In this document: piece after piece, positions 15,964-27,781 of the stretch
Numbering within the stretch: the stretch's first letter is position 1
Layout of the letters: each line of letters starts with the position of its first letter
Origin: Zygnema circumcarinatum SAG 698-1b
Taxonomy: Eukaryota; Plantae; Zygnematophyceae
Assembly: GCA_037447605.1 (NCBI GenBank)
Contig: CM074808.1
Span: 3,162,001 to 3,226,000, forward strand
Reading direction: 5' to 3'
DNA length: 64,000 bases
Translations under genes and position numbers: made by a program
Notes under the pieces: model-generated
What the model was told of the DNA's origin: nothing
What the model saw: only the letters and a program-made list of their open reading frames with translations
The model's database searches: none

Positions 15964-16018
15964 TTGAGAATTGAGAAATGAAGCAAACTTGTTTCTCAAT
16001 TTCTCAACCTGTTTGGTT
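15964..16018. repeat. ~55-bp internally palindromic element, copy 2
   Basis: TTGAGAATTGAGAAA...TTTCTCAATTTCTCAA hairpin, with 26 bp identical to copy 1. Confidence 0.8.
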
Positions 16019-16138
16019 TAAGGGTAGTGTGGATCACCGGCGTGTGAGATTGAAGAATGTGAAGTATGAAGTTTTGCTTTTGTGCTTCGGTCCTTTGCGA
16101 CCAGTCCCTCGTGATTCCCCATGGTGCTTTTGTCATCC

Positions 16139-16221
16139 GGATCGTTAGCTCAGTGGTAGAGCAATCGACTGCAGGCACGCATGCTATCGATAGGTCTCCG
16201 GTTCGAACCCGGAACGGTCCT
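16139..16221 (+). tRNA. tRNA-Cys-GCA: tRNA-Cys (anticodon GCA) with an 11-nt intron (16175-16185)
   Basis: Acceptor GGATCGT/ACGGTCC, U73 discriminator, D arm GCTC/GAGC, anticodon stem ATCGA/TCGAT, T arm TCCGG-TTCGAAC-CCGGA. The intron is at the canonical 37/38 position. Downstream T-runs are present. Confidence 0.95.
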
Positions 16222-16278
16222 TCCGTTTTGCCGTTTTGTACATCGGCCAGCTGTAGTGCATCATCTCCTGCCGACCCA

Positions 16279-16472
16279 CCGGTGGGCATCCGATGATGAT
16301 GATGCTGAATGATGCGTTCTCTGCTGTCCTTGCAACCATGTGCATTGACTGTGCAAGTACATTTGATGGCATCATCGCCATCGTGAGATCAATGCCTTTT
16401 TCCTTCGTCTGAAGTGGAACCGATGATGATGAGAGAGTGAAAGTGCACATGTGATCACTGGATGCCCACCGG
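16279..16472. repeat. 194-bp element bounded by perfect 13-bp inverted repeats (MITE-like)
   Basis: CCGGTGGGCATCC at 16279-16291 and GGATGCCCACCGG at 16460-16472. No obvious TSD. Confidence 0.55.
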
Positions 16473-16733
16473 AGTACGCATTTGTACTGGAAAACCTGGT
16501 GTGTACCGAACTATCAAAAGAATGAAAGAATTCATTAGGTTTGCCAGTTCCGACCCGCAGGTGCCGACTTTGAGTGCCTAACATCCTCACATCCAAAGCT
16601 TGGACATGTTCTACTTTTCAGAATCTAAGTTCCTATACAAATGCTTGTCAGTAAACAAACTGGCCATTCTCTATCCCATGCCCCCGCAGACATATTTTCA
16701 GACTAAAAAACTACCTGTAACAACTGCCACCTG

Positions 16734-19700
16734 TCACGATCTAACACTGCTGGCAGGCAATTGCCGCGATCTCCTGCTTGCAGTCGGAGACTTTATCTGT
16801 TGCCGCCCATCAGCCACTCGATTTTGCTCCTTCTCTCGTACTTCACTGCTCCCGCTGTGATGGGTTGGGGACCCATATTCGTTCCCTGCAAGAGCACTAT
16901 AGCCACCTCCAACCAGCTTAGAGGGCTCATCGAATTCAGTCCCATGGTTGGCGGGAGAAGATAGGAGTACTATATGTGAGGGCGAAAGTACATCCCCTCC
17001 ACTTAACGGAACGTGTTTCCTGCTGGAGGGGGCTATCCAAGCAACCTCATAATGGTCACTAGATGATCGATCAATGTCCGTTGCATGACGTCTTTTTTCC
17101 ACAATGTGCGCAGTAGCAAGCTCCCTATCATTCCAATTCAAAGCCCTTCGAAACGGAGCAGCAGGCTCTCTCTGAGTTATCATTTCTATGGATGCCATGT
17201 CCCGTGCTGCTGCCTCCTCCATCTCAAGTTCTTTTAACGCTTTTCTGCCATATATCATGGCCAGCACCGACACAACTACCGCCGTGCAGAGGCCCACCCC
17301 TTGCGAAACCATTTCAAGAGGAGTGAGCCTTCGCTTCTTTTCTTGATGGTAATCCGCCAGCGTCTTTACAAGCCGCCCACTGCAACCCTCAGTATTGAGT
17401 CAATTTCAAGTCATAAAAAGGTACAAGCAGAAACTACGAGCAACATCCAGATGCAGAATCTAGATTGGCAGGATCACGGCAGCTATAAACAGTTTTATCA
17501 TTTATTCGTTGGGATTAACATTGAGCGAATCATCGATATAGCATATCGTCATCTTCAAGGCTTGATTCAAATGCAGGTAGTCTGCTGCACTTCCCAACTC
17601 TGTGCGAGGCAGAGGGCAATGTGATCAACTCACCAGTAGATCGCTAATAACGTCTCCGGAACAAGGTTCAGGAGAGTGGCACAGATGTATGGACCATATC
17701 CTATCTTCGTGGCAGATATGGCATCTGCAACCCAGGCCACATGATAACTTTCATACTACTCAGAAAAGTTATCAAAGTGACTGCTTGTCTATCTCAAGTT
17801 CTGTATACAAAAAAATCCCAGAATGCATTATAACTCCTCCTCGTACTCCTCCTGTCTGTACGCGCCACTTTCCCCTCTGCTTCCACTGAGCAGTAATAGC
17901 AGCCTCTTCACTTCCGAATGCCTACTGACCTATCTTGATAAGGATTTAGAATAACGCATACATAACAAACATACATAACTAGAATACATTAGAATGCATC
18001 AGCAAAATAAAAAGTGGTTGAAAAGTGGCACGTTTTAGGACTTCACGTTATTGTCCAAACTTACAGTTTAAGGGCCCATATGGAAAAGGGGATAGTCTAA
18101 GGAGAACCACCACTCGAAATTGATGAAACCAGCCACCCTGCTCCGCTATCCTTAGCAAAGCTGCATTCTTTGGATGCCTAGCCAACCACTCCTGCGCACA
18201 AGCGAATGGAAACGAAATTGAGCCCAAGTTACTAAAAAAGAAAACGATGGACTTCAGCTTCATTCCTGTATCCCCAATAGCTAGACCATTTTCGCGAGAG
18301 GATTCCAAAAACGACAACCCAAACCATCTGTTGCACCGAAGAATAGAGGAATTTAAAAAATGACCTAATCAAAGCACTTTCCTTTCAATCTTCCAAACCG
18401 GCGACAAACATAGGCCTTGCTTATTCAATTAGGCATCAAAAGGTCAGTGATGCACACACATGTGACAGAATTGGGTAGTACAGAGATTGATCAGAACCTC
18501 TGTAAACCTTAAGAGTGAATGACATTCAATGAATCTACACATCACTCTCAAGGAAATCACGGTAAGGGCAAGCTGACCTGAACGCGTTTGTGTAGAAGCC
18601 AGCGGCCGACAATGAACGGCAAAGTGGAGCCAAGAGCGCTACCGAAAAATGTGAGGAGAAACCCCCAAAGGTAACCGAACATGACTCCAATTAGCCACAA
18701 TGATGGACCAGTTGGAATTAAGAAAACTGGGAATATGGCGAGCGAAAGCGTAGACAAGATTGCCAATAATGGCTTGCTTAGATTTTGCGCCTCCCAACCC
18801 ATTAGGGGAACGACCACCTGTTCATCACACCCTATCAATTCAAATCAACAAAGTGAAAGCTGACCCATTGAGCAACAGCCTTTCCGGGGTTTTCAAGATA
18901 CTGTTGATGATGGTAATGGGACATGCCAGTTACTGATTTTTACGAATCGAATCGTAAAAGTGACTTTTCCGCAACAGCAAAGCGGCTTTGTCCGTACTTA
19001 AACCAATCAGAGACCTTGGCCGCTCATTTTGTGAGCTTAACTTGGGCTTGAGAAACGATAAACAATTAAAATCTCGACATTGAGTGATATTCATTATCAC
19101 TCATGCAAACCGCTACCTGTAGAAGCCGCAGAAATCACTTCATTTCCTAAGAGTATGCTTGATAAAAGCAAGCGCACAAGCCTTGAAAAAAAAAAAATGC
19201 AGGTGATTTCTACGGTTCAATGGCAACCATGCGATCACGTGGAAGAGAAAGTTAACTCATTGCACTACCTATCCGAACTTCCAAAAAGCTTGATATTCAT
19301 CTGAACATGTTAGTGAAGCAAAGACCCATTAAAAATCAGAAATTAGCTACGTATATTGCTCCAATTCAACGCTCTTTCACTAAGAAAAACCTAAAGCTCC
19401 CAAAACGTCTAAGCTTGACGAAAATTTGTTTACTGCTTATTTGAAATCAACGAAATTCAAATCGAATTGTCACTCTGAAATTTGCGAAGGTACCAACAGC
19501 AGACCTTCTCAAGAATGAAAGGGAATCCGTACACCATTCCTCCACCGACTGCTCCAATAACCAGAACCAGAAAAATGGAGTATTTAGTCCACCGCAAGCA
19601 GGTTCGAAGCCAAAACCTCGAAGGCTGCAACAGCTCAAACTCCTGCAGCTCCAATTCCTCCTCCTCCTTGACCTCATCATCAGTTTGGAGGGCAATGAAG

Positions 19701-19780
19701 CCATGGTCCCTTGTGCTTCCACCACTTGCTGCTTTCTCTTCTCCGCGTCTCAAGGAGGAGCTCCTCGCAGACTTCTCCAT
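16734..19780 (-). CDS. TVP38/TMEM64-family (SNARE-associated Golgi, VTT/DedA domain) membrane protein
   Basis: Exons encode VVVPLMGWEA..LAIFPVFLIPTGPSLWLIGVMFGYLWGF..GSTLPFIVG, WFHQFRVVVLLRLSPFPY and IYGRKALKEL, matching the plant TVP38-like subfamily. Confidence 0.88.
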
Positions 19781-20010
19781 GCTAAGGAGTTGAGTCTCAT
19801 GAAGCCGTCCTGAGCCAAAAGCCGAGAACAGGATGAAGATTCAACTTGAGATCATGCACGGTGTTTCCTAATCAACCACTCAGCGTGTAAAAAGGAGCAT
19901 TATAACAGGCGGATACTGTTTCCCCATCCCCCTCTCAGGTTCCTCTGCTCACTTTCATAACATCAACTGTCCTTAGGATGGACGTGCCCTGCAAACCCTA
20001 AAACTTCCTT

Positions 20011-20043
20011 AATTGGGAGCAATTGGGAGCAATTGGGAGCAAT
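20011..20043. repeat. 10-bp tandem repeat (AATTGGGAGC) x3
   Basis: Direct reading. Confidence 0.9.
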
Positions 20044-21124
20044 CCACAGCAGTTACAGTTAGTGTTTGAAAGTTCTTGCATCAGAATGAATCCAGAAACC
20101 ATTGGCAGTTGCAGTGGACTCTTGAGCCGCAGGAGCCGCGGAATTGATTCTGCGAGTCCACTCGGGCTAGACTGCCAAGATCAACGCTTGAAGAGAACAG
20201 AGTTCCACCTGGATCACTTTCTGCCCTAATCTTGCACTGACCAAAAGCCCAGCACTGGTTTAACCCACGCTCACATTATACGGCCGGGCGTGCGCTCATG
20301 TTCATTCAACTAAATGAACGAATTTGGGCCATGAAAACGCACCCTTCCAATGAGGGTTAGATGGCCTTCAGAATCTTTAGGACATTCCCATACTTCCTTT
20401 TTTATAGGGCATGATGTACCCTCTAACATTGCGGGCACAATGGCTTTGAATGACTAGAGGATGGCACATTGTGCTTTTCATGTGATCATCGATTTGGGTG
20501 ACGTTCTGTACACTGTGAAGTCATAGATGTGATGTAGGTGATGCGTCGGGCTGCATAGCATTGCATTCTATTGTATGCTGTCATGAAAAATTGTCCATGT
20601 GGTTGTGGATTGAGAGGAGCCAAGGAAGTCAAAGGGAAGTAGAGGGGAAGTTTTAGAGGCGAGATTTTGGAGAAAGTTCAATGAAGGGGCACCCAATGAC
20701 AAGGATGTGAGTAAAGGAGTAGAAGGAAGAAAGCAGAGAAAGGATGCTTTTTGCAACCAAAGTTGAGCTTCAGATGATCTGTTGATGCCTCTGCTTGTGC
20801 ATCCATATTAGCCATAAAAAAGTTTGCCCGTGTCCGAAAGGGAAAGAACCCAGACCATCACTTGAGCAACCTTCATTTAGGCTATTGTTCTGCTGCGGTT
20901 TTCGTTTTATTTCCATCTCTTGCAGTTGATGAGCTTCACCATTTAAGTGAGCTCTTCATGACTTTTCTGTAAGCATAGAGTGTGGCAATTCCATCTCAAT
21001 AGTCGTGCACAAGTATGCCACACAAAGAGGATATAAAAAGCAAAGCCTAATAACAGCCCGATACACCCTTCACTCCATATCTTTCTGGTGAACAAGCACA
21101 CAAAAAACTGCATCTATTTGCCTA

Positions 21125-23100
21125 TCAATAACTATCAACCGTATCTTGAGACTGCAGCAAAAAGACCTTCAAAACAAGCGCTCTATGGACATGGATACAG
21201 TCCATTTCGAATATATACACAAGAGACCAACAATGTTTTATGTACCGGATAATAGTGGCTTATCAGAAAACAATAGAAAACAAACAGAAACCCGCTACAG
21301 CCGCATGCTTGAAGCAGATTTATTCTTCGTCGTCTGGTCGTACAACATGCGACGAGACTCACATCATGTGCATCCTGTAGAACAAAAAATTGTACAAGAA
21401 ACAAGGGAGTATGTCAGTAACACAGCATGACGACTTCAAAAGTCAAGCAACCGATTATTTGCAATAAAGTCCTTGTCAATCAGCACGACAGATCTGGACA
21501 CACTCTGGTTGACAATAAACACATATACCGAACGTTTCAACTTACTTTAGGGTTGACTTTGTGCCTCGCCTGACACGGCACTTGATGGTCAGCAAACCCA
21601 ACCTTTGATGTGCTTCGTAGCGATGACATCCAGAAAAGCCTGCGCCCCCAATAAATCTACGACTCGTTTGACAATTGACCAGATCAAACGTGAAGTAAAA
21701 AACAAACCTTTCCTTTATTCGTGCCCTCTTTACGAGTTCAAACACTACATCCTCATTACCCAGATCCAAACCAAGGAAGCCATGCTACAGTTTGCAAGAT
21801 ATGAATCAATCTTCGCAGTTCATCCAACACTTCAATTTTTGGTGTGTTATCCAAAAAGTCAGATCCAACTCACCGTAGTAAATACCATCCACTTCCAGTA
21901 CGTCAATCTGCACAACACATCAACACAACTGTGAGTTTTGGTCTTCAGGCAGCAAACGAAGTTCTCCCGTATTCGTGCCAGAGGAGCAATGCGATCAAGA
22001 ACATAAGGGAAAGCATCTAAGTCAACAAGGAGGAAGGAAAAAAAAGAGAGAAGATACAAAAGCCCCCAAGAAACCAAAAAAAAGTGGGCCAAAGAAGGCG
22101 AAAAAGTTGACGCAAATCGAACCTGATAACGGAGCGACTTAAAAATACACAGTTAGAGGTTAAAAGGACTTACAGGCTCTTGCAGTCCAATCTCTGCAAT
22201 GCTCTGCATGAGATATTTCACTTTTTCAGGATCATTGGCGCGTGTACGCAACAGTGGCCTTCGGATTTCGTCTAATCGCAGCTCCACTATCTGCGGCCCC
22301 TTCTGCTGCCCTGTGGTCCCCCCCCGCTGTTGTCGTCAAATGCCGACATACCAAAGAAAAGCATAATCCACACCAACGCCGCCATAACAATTCGGCTTTT
22401 CGTGTTGAAGGTTCGCAGTGCTCCTAGCCACGAATCTTCAGAGGGGCAATGGAGAAACCAGGGGAATACAAAACAAAGGGAAGCATGTCAGCCACAAGGA
22501 ATTGCAACAGACTGGCCCTTAAGGGGAAACTCAGAAAGGTAAAAACCCAGAAAACTGATCTGAGCAACTTTAGAATCTATGGCTACCATATCATGATCGT
22601 TCAGAAGGACTTGGGGAAAACTGCGTGATGCATGGTGTGAAAACAACTCGCAAAGGAAGTTGCAATGCGCTGCAAATCTCACTTCTGGTTCCGCCATTCT
22701 TCGAGTCCAGAGAGTCTTTCGGCTCCTTCTTGTTTCCCTCCCCTTTGTCAGATTCTCCGGCATCCGCCTTCACAACCACACTCCTTTTATGAGCTGAACA
22801 ACGACGCTGCACTCTGTCAATCCCTATGGCAAAGCCCCTACTGCCTGCAAGTGCTCGAGAATTGGTTTTTGGTAATGAGCAGAAGCCGGGCCTTCGTGCG
22901 TATAATCTGCCGCCGTCCAAATCTCGCCAATTCTCTGCCAAATCTTCTGCTATGTGACATCTCGGGTGGTATCTGACAGAAGCCTGTGCTTTCAGAGAGC
23001 CACTACTACAAACCGTAGCCATTTCAGCAGCCCAGGCTCCTACACCGCTAGGCAAAACACACCTCCCGCCAGATACTCCTGCACTTGCACAGAAAGCCAT
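21125..23100 (-). CDS. Putative plastid-targeted small membrane protein, possibly a divergent CURT1/CAAD-like protein
   Basis: A long transit-peptide-like exon 1 (..RSVVVKADAGESD..) is followed by small GT-AG exons that join in frame: NSWLGALRTFNTKSRIVMAALVWIMLFF|DAFPYVLDRIAPLARIRENF|IDVLEVDGIYY|AWLPWFGSG|LFWMSSLRSTSK. The 3' end is uncertain. Confidence 0.55.
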
Positions 23101-24305
23101 GCTCGATCACCACAAGCTGAGGACGAGAGCAGATCTCAGCGAAAGAACCCCGCCCGACAGCAAATGTTGCTGCAAGATAGCTTCCAGCTATTGAATATGT
23201 ATGCTGAGAAAGTGATGGGGAGCAGGGAGAGGGAGAGGGAGAAGGAGAGGGAGAGAAAGACGGAACGTTCGAGCGAGAGCGAGTTCTTGAAGGGGGCCTG
23301 AGGGCGCTGGCGAGTTTGGGAGCAGTCGGCGGCTGCAGGCTCGCCACGTCGCCGCCCCGTTGGACTGTACGGACGGGACACGCAGGGCCGTACATATACG
23401 GTTCTATGCTCGAAGTTCTACTAGATGCTACACGAATATCAATCTGAGAAAGTTAACGTTTTTCCATGTGGGAAATGAAAGTGTGCAACGTGGAAATTTA
23501 TTAAACTGTAGTGATAGAAATAGGTGACATATAGCCTTGTCACGGCTACAATTTTACATGGGAGGATTTATGTTCTAGTACTGGTTACACTTGAACTGGC
23601 AGTTTCACAGTGAGCTTTGCTAAAGTTCGAACATAGAGAGCGCCTGCATTGCAGTATGCAGCAGCAGCAGCAGCTGGAAAGTTGGCCTACCTCAAATTCA
23701 GGAGGCGACCAAAAAACTGGAAAGAAAGCTTCAGGTCTTTTTTTAGTCCTCTTTTATTGAAGCTGATGTGGAGCCGACAGTTTTTATGAGCGCCCACTGC
23801 GACTGCACGCAAGCTCCTCGTTTAGAGTGCGTTGAAACGCGCAATGAAAGCAGATGGTGATCCAGTCGATTTTGATCTGATGGTTTCTGCTAGGTCCTGT
23901 TTGCTGAATGTTGCTGAAATGCAGCAGGTCTGGAATACTGGCCTGGCAAGCCTTTTTTCTTGCTGTTGCTTCTGAAACTCTTCATGTTCGTTGGTTGAAC
24001 TTGGGGACGGCGAACTTGAACATTGCCATTTTATGTGCCCTTTGGAAAGCTGTAGGTTTGGTGAATTCCTTCTTCTGACTGTTAAATATGGAAATGTGTG
24101 AACGACAAGAACCACCAATTGGAGTATCATACAAACCACTTGGATCCTTCAATCATGTGATATTGAATACTGAGATAGGAAACAGAAAGTAGGGATACAA
24201 GATTTCGACTACAGTATTGCATTCACATTTGCATTCAGTATTGCATTTATAGTCTGTTATCACATTTCTGATGGTCTCATTCTGGGCTTCCGGCAGGCAC
24301 AAACA

Positions 24306-26805
24306 ATGAACTTCTCAAAGCGAGCACGATGGCAGCCATTTCTGCTCCTCTTGTGTGCCCTGTTTGGTTTAACGTCAGCATACAATCCCGGCGACATCAT
24401 CCCAATGTCAAGGAGAGGGCAATATCATGGTGTAATGTTCTGCCTCTAGAACCCATTTCGCTAGCGAGTTTGTGGGAATTTGAATGAGCCAACGAGGATT
24501 CTACTTCATGTTGGACTTGCTTTATTTGAGCAAATAAAGCAAAACTCAGATCAAAACTCTTAAAAATCCTTAACACGAGACACCTTGCCTTAGTATAATT
24601 GCAACAATCGCATGATGCTCTTTAAACCGTGGCTGTCCCATCATTGCTGCAGATGCGTACAGAATGGCATGATACTCTGGGCAGGCATTGCCCACGGTTC
24701 GGAGTTAATCGGGAGGTGGGACTGTCAGACCATTCCCGTATTTTTCCCTTTCGGCATAGCATTTTTTAAATTGGAACCACCGCAACGAAAAATTTCCTGT
24801 AGACTTATTGTTTTTCCCGTGATGACCCTGGAAATGCAGGCATTTTGTTGATCTATGAATCAGCACTCGTGTGGTTTTCAATGCATGCCTTCCTTTTTTA
24901 ATATTTGTTGCGTTGGCTGGAGAGCGCTCTGTGGTCGAGATTCAAGCCTTTCTCGCAGAAAGCTTGATGTTGTGGAGGGTATAAGGACTCATTGTTTTGG
25001 GGCTGGGGGCTGAGGGGTTGCATTTGTTTAGGTTGTTTTGCCCATAAATCGACCGATCGGGTTTTCTAGCAACGAAGCCTATAAAATGTGAGGTTCGACC
25101 TGATACATTGGAAACTGGGACGCACTGGCCACAAGGAATATCTTGTTATTGTGACAGTGTTTGCTTTTGCGGATTATGTAGGTTTGGAAGGGGACCGGAA
25201 TCATCTTTTTGATAAGTGTAGCCACATCTGCAGGAGCATGGCGCCATTTGATTGTAACAGCATAAGGTACGAGTTGAGGAATGCAGGAGTCTCATGTTGG
25301 GGAAAGAGCGATTCACAACTCCATGGCTTCTTGTGTTCGGCTTAACGAGCCGCAAAATTCCCATGGTGGATATCACTCTGGTGAGTTCCTGACCTTTTGT
25401 CTTAAGCTTGCAGGATGTAGGTTTTCCAGGTTCAGCTAAGTTCCTTCATGAGGTCCGATTGGTGGAAGACCTTAGAAGCTAGTGCCAGAAAAACAGGACA
25501 CCTGTTAGCGGCTATGGATGTTATGCCGCACGGGCCTGAACAAACTAAGAGGGAATTTTGCGCAGTATGTTGTTTGATTTACCAACTGTAAATTCTTTTT
25601 GAATCCTCTTATGAGCTATTACTGAATTCCTTGACGTGCCAACATGAAATGCGAGTATTTGCAAATTTACCTTCTAGTATGTTCCTGGTGTGCGTACAGA
25701 CCCATTTCGTGGGCGAGCTGCGGGGAGTGACAGCAAAAGTGGTTTACATGCCTGCTGAGTGTTAGTTGCTGTCTCAACCCATTAGCATGCGACCTGGCAT
25801 CCCCTTCTTTCACTTAAGTAGAGTCGCAGGCGACTCTGACGACACTTTTAGTGCACATATGAGCATTCCACTTTGAGCATGTTGGCAAAGTGAACAGTTC
25901 GTCATGTTTCAGATCCTGCTCTGTTTCTAAACAGGTTAATTCAATAGCTTTTCAGGTGAACTAAAGGAACGCAAATGTTAAGAACGCTGGAACGTTAAGC
26001 ACAAGTGACGGTTGCGTGTATATTAAGGCGGGCAAAGGTCTCCTCACGTGTTGCAGACTAAATTGCACCTACCATGGCTGACCTCTTAAACGTTAACTGT
26101 GGCCTGTGAAGTGGTCCCCGAGCAATTTTATTGTTGATGGTAAAATAGGATCCTTGTCTGAGTCACTTTATGTCCGCTTTGTGGAGCAGATATTGAGAAG
26201 CATCCTACTGTTGCAGAGAACTTCTACAATATGACAATATGGCCCAAACATGTGCTTCTGCAGTATACATGGTACACTTCGTGCCTCTATTCGCACTTGT
26301 GAAACTAAATTTGTAGTGAGGTGTTTCCGTACAGTTGGCAAATTTCACCATGATTCAGGCAGACCAATTTTCTTCTGCAGACGCAGATGCTTCTGCATTC
26401 TTGGACGCTAGCGTTTTCAGGGTCTCTATGTCTTTTGGGGTGTTGGGAAAGCGCAGGAAAGAGCAGGCAGAGGTGGATGTCAGTGCTGGCCTCTTTGTGC
26501 TCTTTGGTACAGGTCTGTGGCTGCTCCAATCTGGGATGGTTAAAGGACAGACTTAGTAAACCAGAAGCCCTTTACAGGAGAGGTGCTGGTTTTTCAGCTG
26601 AATTCCTCTGGAACATGTGATGGGTTCGTAGCTTGAGCTGTAGTATCGCATGCTGACCCACTCCGGAAGATTTAAGCCAGCGTCAATAGCGGGAAAATCT
26701 AATTCTAGTTTCGTGTTGTACTGCAATCGTGGGACATGCAGGCTTCGTCTTGACAACAATTCTGTCCATCTACATTCTTCAGTCTTCAAAAGAGAAGATT
26801 TCACG
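24306..26805 (+). CDS. NPU: NPU (No Primexine and plasma membrane Undulation)-like type I membrane protein; last exon not resolved
   Basis: Signal peptide, then YNPGDIIPMSRRGQYHG|MRTEWHDTLGRHCPRFGVNRE, IPMVDITL, GELRGVTAKVVYMP, WPKHVLLQYTW, EQAEVDVSAGLFVLFG and ILSIYILQSSKEKISR, collinear with Arabidopsis At3g51610 as recalled. Confidence 0.85.
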
Positions 26806-27781
26806 GTGAGCCAGGCGCTTGCTTCCGCTCAAGTTTACAGCTGCATTCTTCACTGTAGTTGTTCATGACTTACGGCGGCTGGTATTTACAACAGTCTCTT
26901 CATGTTTTTTGAACGTATTAAGTCCAATACTTGCAAGCTGCACGTTGTTAACTCCTCCACTTTGCAGAGAACTGGTTCAGTCTGTTGGAAGGGCTCGTTG
27001 TTTCACAACTTCGAATTATTTTCAATTGTCAATGGGCCTCCTGCAAATCGAGATGCTTAACAGTTGCAAGAACATTAACCACACCAATCAACTGAGGAAC
27101 TGTTTTGTCAACTGCAAAGTGACAGCAATGGTGGATGGCGGTTTGTAGGGTTTGTGGGACTTTAATTCTATGGGTGAGGGATGGGGCGATGCAGGTTTGT
27201 GAACCAACAAGTGTTGGAATCGGCATCTCCAATCGTAGGGGAGGTAGCGAAAGTCGACTGAACGTTTTTTCTTGCGTACAAATTTGAGTTGCGATTCCTT
27301 TTGCCTTCAATTCAGTCACCTCTTGTCCATGTAATCTCTTCCCCCCTGTCTCCCTCGCTCCCTCGCTCCCTCGCTCCCTCGCCCTCTCCATAAGAATTTT
27401 TGCTACACATTTTTACCTGAAGATGAGTTATTGTCAAATGAGTCTTCGAATAATTTTGCCAATTTGCATTTCACAACATGGAGAAACCGAGACTCGAAGT
27501 TGCCACGTGTGGAATATCGAAGACGTAGTTACAAGCAGACGGATGAACTAGCCGCAGTCGCAATCCTAAACGTTTCGAGGCAATCCTAATTTGATTTAAA
27601 AGTCTCTCGTTCAATTTCCCTCAGTGAACTTAAACTATTAAATACCTATGGTGTCCAAGGTCCGCAGTGGTACTGTACGGCTGTACCCTACAACGTGCAC
27701 TGTCCCAACATTCGAAAATGAACGATTTATTAAAAATCATTTTCATGATATGTACACGTCTCCTCAACTTTACTTAAACCC

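Noticed and set aside
16279-16472. C/D-box snoRNA
   Set aside because: ATGATGA follows the 5' stem, but no CTGA box D lies next to the 3' stem on either strand. Kept only as an inverted-repeat element.
20400-20760. Possible TE remnant or further copy of the 3.2/16.3 kb repeat
   Set aside because: Only compositional similarity (ATG-rich). No alignable block was found by eye.
23466-23473. USE-like TCCCACAT suggesting another snRNA or telomerase RNA gene
   Set aside because: There is no suitably spaced TATA, no telomere template and no recognisable snRNA downstream. Other TCCCACA hits (e.g. 34080, 40006, 55250) fall in coding sequence.
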